From NCBI GenBank assembly GCA_014382285.1, contig JACNKA010000116.1, forward strand, positions 1,395 through 65,394: a stretch of 64,000 bases of DNA, given 5' to 3'. Source of the DNA: Nitrospinota bacterium (GTDB taxonomy: Bacteria > Nitrospinota > Nitrospinia > Nitrospinales > VA-1). The number at the start of each line of letters is the position of its first letter. Position 1 is the first letter of the stretch. Of this stretch, positions 33,786 to 42,910 are shown piece by piece. Both the position numbers and the translations under genes were made by a program. The notes under the pieces were generated by a model, which ran no database searches, had not been told where the DNA came from, and saw only the letters and a list, made by a program, of their open reading frames with translations.

Positions 33786-34043
33786 AGTTGTCTTTAGTCT
33801 GTTTAATTGTGAATGAATAAATGCGGTGATTCAGCCTGAATAAACTGGCAATAGAAAACGACCTGCGGAGAGGTTAAACGGTCCGAAGTTTATGGAAGGG
33901 TAAAAACCAATAAGGGGTTAATTTCATTATACTAACGATTCCATCCTCTATAATTCCAACAATTGAGTTTAACAGATTGCACGGAATTAACCTAGAGGAA
34001 AATAACAATTGTAACTCATTGAATTTTATACCATAATTTTATC

Positions 34044-34916
34044 ATGGATGTGTTAATTCAAGAGTTCTCGGAATATTTGCGCATTGAAAAGAGGCATTCG
34101 CCTCATACGGTTGCCGGTTATTGCCGTGATCTGCGACGTTTTGCCCGGATATATTCCGAGGTGTCTGGCCTGACAACTGCGGATATTCGAGGTTTTCTTT
34201 TGATATTGCGCGATGAGGGATTGTCCTCCTCTTCCATCGCGCGGAGCTTGTCTTCGATCAAATCTTTTTTCCGTTATCTATGTCAGGACAAACAACTCAA
34301 GGAAAATCCTGCCGAGATTTTAGAGACCCCCCGTCGCTGGAGAAAGCTACCTCATGTCTTGTCACTGACAGATGTCGATACACTTTTGAGTTGTCCTGAT
34401 AGCGACACTGCCATTGGTTTGCGCGACCAGGCCATGCTGGAGGTTGTATACGCTACCGGAATGCGGGTCTCCGAACTGATTTCGGTGAAAGGCCATAACC
34501 TGGATTTTGAGGCCGGGTGCCTGAGAACTATGGGCAAGGGCTCGAAAGAACGCATTGTCCCGATAGGCATGGTTGCGAGAAGGTCGGTGGAAGACTACCT
34601 ATTAAACTCCCGACCGGTACTGGCGAAAGGACAAAAGGTGGAAGAATTGTTCCTGACTCGCCGAGCCAAGGCCATGACGAGGCAAGGATTCTGGAAGATA
34701 CTGAAAACCTATGTCCGCCAGAGTAATATAAAAGCCGATGTGTCGCCGCATAGCTTGAGACATGCCTTTGCCACGCACTTACTGGATCGGGGAGCAGATT
34801 TAAGATCCGTCCAGCAGATGCTGGGGCATGCCGATATCTCCGCAACACAAATCTACACCCATGTTCTCGAAAAAAGAATGCTCGAAGTCCACGACCAGTT
34901 TCACCCAAGAAGCTAG
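34044..34916 (+). CDS. xerD: Site-specific tyrosine recombinase XerD
   Basis: 290 aa. 'YATGMRVSEL', 'HSLRHAFATHLLDRGADLRSVQQMLGHADISATQIYTHV' is the R-H-R-Y catalytic set. Size and context fit chromosomal Xer rather than a phage integrase. Confidence 0.85.
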   Translation: MDVLIQEFSEYLRIEKRHSPHTVAGYCRDLRRFARIYSEVSGLTTADIRGFLLILRDEGLSSSSIARSLSSIKSFFRYLCQDKQLKENPAEILETPRRWRKLPHVLSLTDVDTLLSCPDSDTAIGLRDQAMLEVVYATGMRVSELISVKGHNLDFEAGCLRTMGKGSKERIVPIGMVARRSVEDYLLNSRPVLAKGQKVEELFLTRRAKAMTRQGFWKILKTYVRQSNIKADVSPHSLRHAFATHLLDRGADLRSVQQMLGHADISATQIYTHVLEKRMLEVHDQFHPRS

Positions 34917-34931
34917 GGCCACTCCGCGTGG

Positions 34932-35105
34932 GGCGAATTAGCAATAGTGTCATGTGGTTGGCAACGAGTTATCTCGGCCTGATGGAGGTTTGCTCCCTCT
35001 TTTGTTAAATAGGGTCTATTAAAACCCAACTTAGGCTGTCAAGTTCAGCCGAGATAACTCTTTGCTGGCAAACAAGATATGGCTATCTGCCACGGGCGGT
35101 TCGCC
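34932..35105. other. Candidate structured RNA or palindromic element (~174-nt imperfect rod)
   Basis: The helices are nested. GGCGAA(34932-37) pairs with TTCGCC(35100-05). ATAG(34944-47) pairs with CTAT(35083-86). GGCAA(34960-64) pairs with TTGCT(35062-66), including G-U. A perfect 13-bp stem joins GAGTTATCTCGGC(34966-78) to GCCGAGATAACTC(35048-60), and TGA/TCA adds 3 more bp. These enclose a weakly paired 62-nt centre. The strand is undetermined. Confidence 0.3.
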
Positions 35106-35119
35106 GGGGAATTATTTGC

Positions 35120-35148
35120 TTGACTGAAATTGCTATAAAAGTTAACAT
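35120..35148 (+). promoter_or_regulatory. Putative sigma70-type promoter of the yceD-rpmF-plsX-fab operon
   Basis: TTGACT (35120-25), a 17-nt spacer, then TAACAT (35143-48). It lies about 50-75 nt upstream of the yceD start candidates. Confidence 0.4.
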
Positions 35149-35199
35149 TCCCGCTTAATATCCCTCCTTCTGAACTGAGCTTCCGGAAATGTAAAGGGT

Positions 35200-35754
35200 T
35201 TGAATTCAAGGGTTTTTCAAGCCATGATTTTTGATATTGAGAAAATTTATGAAGAGGGCTTGGATTTTGAAGTGCTTGAGGCTAAAGAGCGTTTTAATTT
35301 AGATTCCCCCGATAGCGTTTTAACGGAGGATATTAAAGTTCAGGGGAGGCTGGAAAAATCGGGTCAGACGATCCTGTGCCAGGGTAGTTTAGAGACAGGG
35401 CTCACTGTCACTTGTACTCGTTGTTTGAGTGATTTTACTTTTTTGGTTAAAGGTGATCTCAAGGTTCACTTCACTCCACGGGAAGAAAATAGCAAGCCAG
35501 CCGATGAAGTTGAACTGACTAGCCAAGATATAGAGCAGGAATTTTATAACGAGAGCCAGATTGACCTATCCAGTTCGGTTCGGGATTTGATACTATTAAG
35601 CCTGCCACAAGTTATACTGTGCCAGGAAGATTGTGCCGGTTTGTGCCTTGAGTGTGGGACAAACCTGAATAAAAAAATATGTGCATGCAAACACGAAGGA
35701 TCTGGTGATCCTCGATTGGCAGTTTTACAACAATTAAAAGACAAGTTGAAATAG
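35200..35754 (+). CDS. yceD: YceD/DUF177 family ribosome-maturation protein
   Basis: 184 aa. It has a C-terminal Cys cluster 'CQEDCAGLCLECGTNLN..CAC' and the conserved position immediately upstream of rpmF. The start is TTG at 35200 or ATG at 35224. Confidence 0.8.
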   Translation: MNSRVFQAMIFDIEKIYEEGLDFEVLEAKERFNLDSPDSVLTEDIKVQGRLEKSGQTILCQGSLETGLTVTCTRCLSDFTFLVKGDLKVHFTPREENSKPADEVELTSQDIEQEFYNESQIDLSSSVRDLILLSLPQVILCQEDCAGLCLECGTNLNKKICACKHEGSGDPRLAVLQQLKDKLK

Positions 35755-35763
35755 GGAGATATC

Positions 35764-35946
35764 ATGGCAGTCCCAAAGAAGAAAACATCTAAATCCAAAC
35801 GAGGAATGCGTCGTTCTCACGATGGCTTGAGCGCTCCTTCCTATGCAGAGTGTCCCCAGTGCCATGAGATGGCCCGCCCGCACCATATTTGTGCGCATTG
35901 CGGCTATTATAAAGGCAAAGAAGTGATGGCAGTTGAATCGGTTTAA
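35764..35946 (+). CDS. rpmF: 50S ribosomal protein L32 (zinc-ribbon form)
   Basis: 60 aa. '[19 protein letters not shown]' and 'CPQC...CAHCG' are present. Confidence 0.95.
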   Translation: MAVPKKKTSKSKRGMRRSHDGLSAPSYAECPQCHEMARPHHICAHCGYYKGKEVMAVESV

Positions 35947-36032
35947 TACCTCGTTTGTCTCACTGCTTGGTCACTAGTTTTCCTGATAGATAATCATCCC
36001 CAACGTTCGTTGGAAAGGAGCCACATCCAGAA

Positions 36033-37166
36033 ATGAAAATCGTGGTTGACGCGATGGGAGGCGATCACTCTCCAGAGGCCGCTGTAGAAGGTGCGGTCAT
36101 GGCGGCGAGGGAATATGAAACGGAAATTATTCTCACCGGTTTATCCGATCAGATCCATGCGGTTTTAGAACGGCTTGATCCCGATCACAACCTTCCAATT
36201 CAGGTCGTCCACGCCGATGAGGTGGTGGAAATGCATGACAGCCCAGGCAAGGTCCTGCGCTCGAAACGTAAATCCTCCATGAAAATCGGTTTGGATCTGG
36301 TCAAAGACGGCACGGCATCGGCTTTTTTGAGTGCCGGAAATACCGGCGCAGTTCTGGCTTATTCAACGGTTATTTTGAGGCCGTTAAATGGTGTCGATAG
36401 ACCTGCTATTGCCATTCAATTGCCCACTCTGAAAGGCGACACCATCCTTTTGGATGCTGGCGCGAATGTGGACTGCAAAACCAGTCAGTTATTCCAGTTT
36501 GGTATTATGGGACATGTCTTCGCGGAGTACATTCTAGGCAAGGAAAATCCCCGTGTAGGTTTGCTCAGTATTGGTGAAGAGGATGGCAAGGGCAATGAAA
36601 TCGTCAAAGAGGCTTTTCAAATGCTCAAAGCCAGCCACATCAACTTTATTGGCAATGTAGAGGGGAAGGAAGTCTATCGGGGCAATGCGGATGTGATCGT
36701 TTGCGATGGTTTTACCGGTAACGTGGCACTCAAAATTAGTGAGAGCCTGGCCGAAATGATTGGAACCAATCTCAAACGCATGTTTCAAAGTAATTGGCTC
36801 AGCAAGCTGGGTTATCTATTGTTAAAACCACAGTTGGACGACTTCAAAAAAAAGGTGGATTATTCAGAAACCGGCGGTGCTCCTCTTTTAGGAGTGAACG
36901 GTGTTGTTATCATCGCGCATGGAAGCTCTTCACCAAAAGCGATAAAAAATGCTATCAACCGGGCTCGCGAATTGAGCGAGAAGAATATAAATGCACATAT
37001 TCGGAAGGGCATTGAATCCAATTTGATGGATGTGGAAGCGGCCAAAGGAACGATTTGGAATCAGATCAAAAATATAGCTTTTGGTACCGACCCCGAAGAG
37101 CCTGACAATAACGAACCTAAGAAACCGACCGATAAACTGCTTGATGAAAATAATGACAAAACCTGA
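36033..37166 (+). CDS. plsX: Phosphate acyltransferase PlsX
   Basis: 377 aa. 'MKIVVDAMGGDHSP', 'SAGNTGA' and 'VCDGFTGNVALK' are present. It has an unusual ~40-aa acidic/Pro-rich C-terminal tail that overlaps the fabH start. Confidence 0.9.
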   Translation: MKIVVDAMGGDHSPEAAVEGAVMAAREYETEIILTGLSDQIHAVLERLDPDHNLPIQVVHADEVVEMHDSPGKVLRSKRKSSMKIGLDLVKDGTASAFLSAGNTGAVLAYSTVILRPLNGVDRPAIAIQLPTLKGDTILLDAGANVDCKTSQLFQFGIMGHVFAEYILGKENPRVGLLSIGEEDGKGNEIVKEAFQMLKASHINFIGNVEGKEVYRGNADVIVCDGFTGNVALKISESLAEMIGTNLKRMFQSNWLSKLGYLLLKPQLDDFKKKVDYSETGGAPLLGVNGVVIIAHGSSSPKAIKNAINRARELSEKNINAHIRKGIESNLMDVEAAKGTIWNQIKNIAFGTDPEEPDNNEPKKPTDKLLDENNDKT

Positions 37167-38157
37167 AAACTCCTTCAAGGCTGTAGTTGCTGGAACCGGT
37201 GCCTATTTGCCAGAAAAAATACTTACAAATCTAGACCTCGAAAAGACTCTGGATACTACTGATGCATGGATCACTGAGCGGACAGGAATCCGTGAACGCC
37301 GCATTGCTGCCGATGATGAGTCCGCTTCAACTATGGCGGCCAGAGCCGGGAAGCAAGCGATGGAGGCAGGTGGGGTTAGTGCCGATGATGTGGACCTGAT
37401 CATTGTCTGCACTTCCAGTCCTGATGTACTATTTCCTTCGACAGCCTGTTTTGTGCAAAATGAGTTGCAGGCTTTCGGTGCCGCCGCTTTTGATGTTTCC
37501 GCTGTATGTTCCGGGTTTGTTTTCGGCCTTTCCATTGCCGAACAATATTTAAAAAATGGGCGTTACAAAAATATTCTGCTCATTGGCAGTGAGGTCAATT
37601 CCAGAATCGTTGATTGGACGGATAGGTCCACCTGCATTCTCTTTGGCGATGGGGCAGGGGCCTTATTGCTGAAACGGATGGAACAGGAAAAACCTCTGGG
37701 AATTTTATCCACCCATATTTATTCGGACGGACGCTTGTCTGATTTGATTTGTGTTCCAGGTGGAATTGGGCGGACGGGTGTTAATAAGCAGGATATCGAC
37801 GACAAAAAATACTTCATAAAGATGTCTGGCAATGCGACTTTTAAAATCGCTGTTAAAAGAATGACGGCTGTGATCCAGGAAGCTTTGCAGTTTAATGGGC
37901 TGAGTATTGAAGAAGTGGGGCTTTTGGTTCCACATCAGGCCAATCAAAGAATTATCAGCGCGGTTGCTGAAAGGATGAATTACCCGATGGAAAAAGTATT
38001 CATGAATATCCATAAATATGGGAACACCTCTGGAGCCTCCATCCCTATTGGGATTAATGAAGCGTGGCGGAGTGGACGTATTCAGCCAGGAGACACCTCT
38101 GCACTTGGAGTGGTTGGGGCAGGCTTGACCTGGGGGTCGGCGGTGATCAAATGGTAA
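37153..38157 (+). CDS. fabH: 3-oxoacyl-ACP synthase III
   Basis: The track ORF (37081) starts inside plsX. The ATG at 37153 (or 37144) gives MTKPENSFKAVVAGTGAYLPEK. The active-site residues are 'AVCSGFVFGL', 'VPHQANQRI' and 'GNTSGASIP'. Confidence 0.9.
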   Translation: MTKPENSFKAVVAGTGAYLPEKILTNLDLEKTLDTTDAWITERTGIRERRIAADDESASTMAARAGKQAMEAGGVSADDVDLIIVCTSSPDVLFPSTACFVQNELQAFGAAAFDVSAVCSGFVFGLSIAEQYLKNGRYKNILLIGSEVNSRIVDWTDRSTCILFGDGAGALLLKRMEQEKPLGILSTHIYSDGRLSDLICVPGGIGRTGVNKQDIDDKKYFIKMSGNATFKIAVKRMTAVIQEALQFNGLSIEEVGLLVPHQANQRIISAVAERMNYPMEKVFMNIHKYGNTSGASIPIGINEAWRSGRIQPGDTSALGVVGAGLTWGSAVIKW

Positions 38158-39092
38158 AAACTGCTTTTGTTTTCCCGGGTCAGGGTTCCCAGTTTATAGG
38201 GATGGGCAAAGACTTTTATGATCATGTGCCATCGGCTCGCGCACTGATGGAAGAGGCCAATGATGTTTTAGGATATGACCTTGCAAATATATGTTTTAAT
38301 GGCCCTGAAGAAACTTTAAAGTTGACGGAAAATACCCAGCCGGCACTGTTGGTACACAGTACAATGGCCTTGAAAGTATTAAGGGAAAATGGTATAGATT
38401 CGGTAGTCGCTGCAGGCCATAGCTTGGGTGAATTTTCGGCTTTGGTTGCTGCAGGGGCTCTTCAATTTAAGGATGCGGTGAGGTTGGTCCGATTGCGAGG
38501 CCAGTTCATGCAGGAAGCGGTTCCGGTTGGGGTGGGGACAATGGCCGCCATTATAGGCTTGTCGATTGAAACACTTCAGGAGTTGTGCGACCAGGTTTCT
38601 AAAGAGTCTTGCATAGTCCAACTCGCTAACTTGAACAGTCCGGTGCAAACCGTTATCGCTGGACATAAAGAGGCTGTTGAACAGGCTTCCGCAAAAGCTC
38701 TGGAAGCGGGCGCAAAAAAAGCCGTGACCTTGCCGGTGAGTGCTCCGTTTCACAGTGTTCTTATGAAACCGGCTGAGGTCAAGCTTCAAAAAGAACTGGA
38801 GCAAACTGAGTTTCACGACTTGTCCTATCCTGTGATCACCAATATTGAGGCCAAACCCATCACTAAAGGAAGCGATGCCAGATCAGCCCTAGTCAAGCAG
38901 GTTTGCTCTCCCGTACGCTGGTCAGAGACAATGCAGGTGCTGGTGGATCAAGGTGTTGAGAGAGTCATCGAGTTGGGGGCGGGGAAAGTTTTATCGGGCC
39001 TGATAAAAAGATATGACAAGAATATAACCTGCTATCAGGTGGGAGATCGCGAAAGTTTGTCGCAAACCCTGACAGCATTAAACGGTAATTAA
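38151..39092 (+). CDS. fabD: Malonyl-CoA:ACP transacylase
   Basis: The ATG at 38151 overlaps the fabH stop (ATGGTAA) and gives MVKTAFVFPGQGSQ. 'GHSLGEFSA' is the active-site Ser. The track start at 38064 is an in-frame upstream extension. Confidence 0.9.
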   Translation: MVKTAFVFPGQGSQFIGMGKDFYDHVPSARALMEEANDVLGYDLANICFNGPEETLKLTENTQPALLVHSTMALKVLRENGIDSVVAAGHSLGEFSALVAAGALQFKDAVRLVRLRGQFMQEAVPVGVGTMAAIIGLSIETLQELCDQVSKESCIVQLANLNSPVQTVIAGHKEAVEQASAKALEAGAKKAVTLPVSAPFHSVLMKPAEVKLQKELEQTEFHDLSYPVITNIEAKPITKGSDARSALVKQVCSPVRWSETMQVLVDQGVERVIELGAGKVLSGLIKRYDKNITCYQVGDRESLSQTLTALNGN

Positions 39093-39116
39093 CTCAATCG
39101 TTCAAACAGGATTTTC

Positions 39117-39857
39117 ATGGAATTGCAAAACAAGGTGGCTTTGGTCACTGGAGGAGCTCAGGGAATTGGTAGAACCATCGGCGAAGAACTGACCCGCGCA
39201 GGAGCTCATGTGGTGCTTGGTGATGTGAACCTGGAAGGAGCTCAGGCCACAGCAGAGGCCATAAATAATAATGGTGGGTCTGCTTCTGCTGTTAAAATTG
39301 ATGTCTCAAACGCTGCTGAGGTGCAACAGGTTTTTGATTTCATCATGAAAGATAAAAAGCCGGTGGATATCGTGGTCAACAACGCTGGAATCACCCGGGA
39401 TGCTTTGATGGTGCGGATGAAAGAAAGTGATTGGGACCTGGTTTTAGACATCAATCTTAAAGGAAGTTTTCTTTGTAGCCAGCAGGCGGCAAAGCAGATG
39501 ATGAAACAAAAAAGTGGGACAATTGTCAATATTGCTTCGATTGTTGGGGTGATGGGCAATTTTGGTCAGGCAAATTACTCAGCATCCAAGGCTGGAGTGA
39601 TAGGCTTAACAAAAACTCTGGCCCGGGAAGTTGCATCCAGAGGGATCAGGGTGAATGCAGTCGCACCCGGTTTTATTGATACCGAGATGACAAGGGTTTT
39701 GGATGAAACAGTGCGTCAAAAATTGATTGAGCAGATACCTCTTGCCAGGCTGGGACTGCCTGAGGATGTAGCGCGCTGTGTTGCTTTTTTAGTATCTGAC
39801 AGGTCCAGTTATATTACAGGACAGGTTATTAATTTAAACGGTGGTATGTTGATGTGA
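39117..39857 (+). CDS. fabG: 3-oxoacyl-ACP reductase
   Basis: 246 aa SDR. 'VTGGAQGIG', 'NNAG' and 'YSASKAG' are present. Confidence 0.9.
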   Translation: MELQNKVALVTGGAQGIGRTIGEELTRAGAHVVLGDVNLEGAQATAEAINNNGGSASAVKIDVSNAAEVQQVFDFIMKDKKPVDIVVNNAGITRDALMVRMKESDWDLVLDINLKGSFLCSQQAAKQMMKQKSGTIVNIASIVGVMGNFGQANYSASKAGVIGLTKTLAREVASRGIRVNAVAPGFIDTEMTRVLDETVRQKLIEQIPLARLGLPEDVARCVAFLVSDRSSYITGQVINLNGGMLM

Positions 39858-39881
39858 TTCCAATAAGGAGTTTTAAAAGTT

Positions 39882-40115
39882 ATGTCAGTTGAAGATAAAG
39901 TTAAAGAAATTATTGTTGATCAGTTGGGTGTTGATGAAAAACAGGTGACGGCAGAAGCGTCTTTTATTGATGATCTTGGTGCTGATTCTCTGGATACTGT
40001 GGAATTGGTGATGGCTCTTGAGGAGGAATTTGATATTGAAATTCCCGATGAAGAGGCTGAAAAAATTGCCACTGTTCAGGATGCTACAAGTTATATAACC
40101 AGTCGGACCAACTGA
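39882..40115 (+). CDS. acpP: Acyl carrier protein
   Basis: 77 aa. '[19 protein letters not shown]' contains the phosphopantetheine Ser. Confidence 0.95.
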   Translation: MSVEDKVKEIIVDQLGVDEKQVTAEASFIDDLGADSLDTVELVMALEEEFDIEIPDEEAEKIATVQDATSYITSRTN

Positions 40116-40144
40116 TTGGTCGTCATAATCATCAGGGTGTATGC

Positions 40145-41386
40145 ATGAAAAGACGCGTTGTCGTGACTGGGTTGGGGATCGTTTCACCTTTAGGGCTTGG
40201 TGTGGCTGAAAACGAGACGGCTTTGTTTGAAGGCCGTTCGGGGGTTGATTTCATTAAAACCTTCACTCCTGATGAAAATTTTCCTGTTAAAATCGCCGGG
40301 GAAGTCAAGGGATTTGATCCTGCCGAGTATGTAGACCACAAAGAAATCAAGAAGATGGATCGGTTTATCCATTATGCCGTGGCCTGCAGTAAAATGGCTT
40401 TGGATGATTCGGGCATTGAAATAAATGACCAGAATGCAGAGCGGGTCGGCGTTATGATCGGAGTCGGCTTGGGGGGTCTGCCTGCGATAGAAAAATATCA
40501 CGATATATTTAAGGAAAGGGGAGTGAAAAAAATCACTCCCTTTTTTATTCCCATGTTGATTGCTAATCTGGCATCGGGGCAGGTATCAATCTTAATGGGC
40601 GCTAAGGGTCCCAACTCTTGTGTGGTTACGGCCTGCGCTACCGGAACACATTCTATTGGAGAGGCCGCAAGGCTCATTCAGTATGGTGATGCTGATGTTA
40701 TGTTCGCGGGAGGTACCGAGTCGGTCATCACGCCACTTTGTATTGGAGGTTTTTATGCGGCCAAAGCCTTATCAACCCGCAATGATGACCCCCAGGGCGC
40801 AAGCCGCCCCTTTGATAAAGACAGGGATGGTTTTGTGATTGGTGAGGGATGTGGTGTTGTTATGCTTGAAGAGTTGGAGATTGCCAAAAAGCGCGGTGCT
40901 AAAATTTATGGTGAAGTTATCGGCTATGGTCTCAATGGCGACGCCTTCCACATCACTGCGACCTCTCCAAGTGGGGAGGGGGCCGCACGTTGTATGAAAC
41001 TTGCTCTTAATAGTGCCGGAATTAACAAAGAAGATGTAGATTATATTAATGCGCATGGAACTTCTACTTCCGCCGATGCAACAGAAACACAAGCTATCAA
41101 AACCACGTTTGGCGACCATGCTTATAAACTCGCTGTCAGTTCTACTAAATCCATGACAGGTCATTTACTTGGGGCTGCAGGAGGCGTCGAAGCAATTTTC
41201 ACTCTTCTTGCCATGAAAAGAGGATTGATCCCACCGACGATTAATCGCTCCACGCCTGACCCTGAATGTGATCTGGATTATATACCCAATGTTGCCCGCG
41301 AAAAAAAATTAGATATATGTCTTTCTAATTCATTTGGTTTTGGTGGGACTAATGGGGTTCTTATTTTTAAGAAATTTATAAACTAA
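40145..41386 (+). CDS. fabF: 3-oxoacyl-ACP synthase II
   Basis: 413 aa. 'VTACATGTH', '[12 protein letters not shown]' and '[11 protein letters not shown]' are present. Confidence 0.95.
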   Translation: MKRRVVVTGLGIVSPLGLGVAENETALFEGRSGVDFIKTFTPDENFPVKIAGEVKGFDPAEYVDHKEIKKMDRFIHYAVACSKMALDDSGIEINDQNAERVGVMIGVGLGGLPAIEKYHDIFKERGVKKITPFFIPMLIANLASGQVSILMGAKGPNSCVVTACATGTHSIGEAARLIQYGDADVMFAGGTESVITPLCIGGFYAAKALSTRNDDPQGASRPFDKDRDGFVIGEGCGVVMLEELEIAKKRGAKIYGEVIGYGLNGDAFHITATSPSGEGAARCMKLALNSAGINKEDVDYINAHGTSTSADATETQAIKTTFGDHAYKLAVSSTKSMTGHLLGAAGGVEAIFTLLAMKRGLIPPTINRSTPDPECDLDYIPNVAREKKLDICLSNSFGFGGTNGVLIFKKFIN

Positions 41387-41394
41387 TTTCCGCC

Positions 41395-42117
41395 ATGATC
41401 GAAGTCTCTCCTGATCGCGCTGGTGCATTGGCTCCTCTTCAGGAAACCCTGGGATATACGTTTTCCGACCTGAAACTCCTCAATAAAGCCCTGACTCATA
41501 AATCCTATGTGAATGAAAAAAACGGATCTCTCAAGCATAATGAGAGGTTTGAGTTCCTGGGTGACTCTGTCCTTGATATTCTGGTTAGTGATTATCTGGT
41601 GTCTAAGTTCAGTGATTACGCAGAGGGAACCTTGTCAAAAATTCGTGCAGCGGTGGTCAATGAAAGTTGCCTGGCGGGTCTTGCCCGCGAATTAGAATTG
41701 GGAAAATATTTGCTTCTGGGAAAAGGAGAAGATTTGTCAGGGGGAAGAGACAAATCCTCCATCCTGGCGGATGCTTTTGAAGCGGTTGCAGGAGCTCTGT
41801 TCAGAGATGGTAGATTGGAGTCTGCATCCAAGGTATTTCTTCCACTGCTGGAAGTACAAATATCCAATTTTGCGCACTCTTGGGATTTCAGGGATTTTAA
41901 AAGTGAACTTCAGGAATACACACAGGACAAATGGGTGTGTACCCCTTCTTACAAGGTTGTCAACGAATTGGGGCCGGATCATGCCAAGGAATTTGAAGTC
42001 GCCGTAACGATCAAGAATGAAGTTAAAGGACAGGGGGTAGGAAAAAGTAAAAAGGAAGCGGAACAGGCGGCTGCTAAAATGGCCATGGAAAGTTTTTCGC
42101 CCCCATCCAAAACTTGA
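41395..42117 (+). CDS. rnc: Ribonuclease III
   Basis: 240 aa. It has the signature 'NERFEFLGDSVLD', 'LADAFEAVAGA' and a C-terminal dsRBD 'GKSKKEAEQAAAKMA'. Confidence 0.95.
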   Translation: MIEVSPDRAGALAPLQETLGYTFSDLKLLNKALTHKSYVNEKNGSLKHNERFEFLGDSVLDILVSDYLVSKFSDYAEGTLSKIRAAVVNESCLAGLARELELGKYLLLGKGEDLSGGRDKSSILADAFEAVAGALFRDGRLESASKVFLPLLEVQISNFAHSWDFRDFKSELQEYTQDKWVCTPSYKVVNELGPDHAKEFEVAVTIKNEVKGQGVGKSKKEAEQAAAKMAMESFSPPSKT

Positions 42118-42220
42118 GAGTGAATTTAATTTGATCCTTTCTTTATGTCCTGACATAATTTTAGCGGAACTGTTTATTTGTTGAAATGGTACTAAAAGTG
42201 CCCTCTGCATATCATGGAAC

Positions 42221-42628
42221 ATGCTGGAAGAATGGATTTTAAAGAAAAGAGAAATTGAGGCCTCTAAAGATAGCTTGAAGGGGAGTGACCTCTGCAATGC
42301 CAAGTTGATGGGTGCCAAACTTGATGGGGCAGATTTAACTGATGCCGATTTGTCTGCGGCGTACTTGATCAAAGCAGATCTCAGTAATGCAAGCCTGGTC
42401 GGAGCCGATTTGACGGGAGCAATTTTAAGTGAGGCCAACCTTTCATATGCTGACTTGGCGGGTGCTGAACTCATGGACACTTTTTTGCATGGGGCGAACC
42501 TGAAAGGTGTTGTCAATTTGACCTGCGATCAGATAGAATTAGCCAACTTTGATAATCAAACGATTTTCCCTGATTATATAGATATTAAGTGGACTGAGGA
42601 TGGACACTGCGAGTGTCAGGAAAGATAA
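42221..42628 (+). CDS. Pentapeptide-repeat protein
   Basis: 135 aa with consecutive A(D/N)Lxx units ('GADLTDADLSAAYLIKADLSNASLVGADLTGAILSEANLSYADLAGAEL'). Confidence 0.8.
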   Translation: MLEEWILKKREIEASKDSLKGSDLCNAKLMGAKLDGADLTDADLSAAYLIKADLSNASLVGADLTGAILSEANLSYADLAGAELMDTFLHGANLKGVVNLTCDQIELANFDNQTIFPDYIDIKWTEDGHCECQER

Positions 42629-42681
42629 GGGATACTTTGAAAATATTCATCAGTCAGTTGTGAATTCAAACTGAACCCGTC

Positions 42682-42882
42682 ATGGTCAACGAAAGATTGC
42701 CTTATGAGAGGGATCCTATTCCGCAAGACAAAGAGCCTCCGCGTTTTGAACGGGAAACTTTAGGGTCGAGAATTGTCTTTGGTTTCAGTGTGGCCTTGGG
42801 ATGTTTTTTTTTGGTGCTTGTCTTAATTGGTATTTGGCAATCCCTTAACCAGCTTTTCAATTACCTGTCCAGATTGTTTTGA
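42682..42882 (+). CDS. Small single-TM protein
   Basis: 66 aa with one hydrophobic helix (IVFGFSVALGCFFLVLVLIGIW). I recognise no homology. Its coding status is uncertain. Confidence 0.35.
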   Translation: MVNERLPYERDPIPQDKEPPRFERETLGSRIVFGFSVALGCFFLVLVLIGIWQSLNQLFNYLSRLF

Positions 42883-42910
42883 TTTTCTTCGCTTATCGAC
42901 TGCTTGTCCC

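Noticed and set aside
34044-34916. Tyrosine recombinase as a marker of an integrated element
   Set aside because: Sequence and length fit chromosomal XerD. The flanks are housekeeping genes (typA, yceD-rpmF), with no att-like direct repeats or phage genes.
34528-34953. 141-aa minus-strand ORF
   Set aside because: It is antisense to xerD. Its Arg/Pro/Ser-rich composition is typical of shadow ORFs.
41737-42516. 259-aa minus-strand ORF spanning the rnc 3' end and the pentapeptide-repeat gene
   Set aside because: It is antisense to two well-supported genes. Its long open frame is a by-product of the repetitive A(D/N)LxG codons on the other strand, and its product is a low-complexity 'SAP..KSA' repeat.
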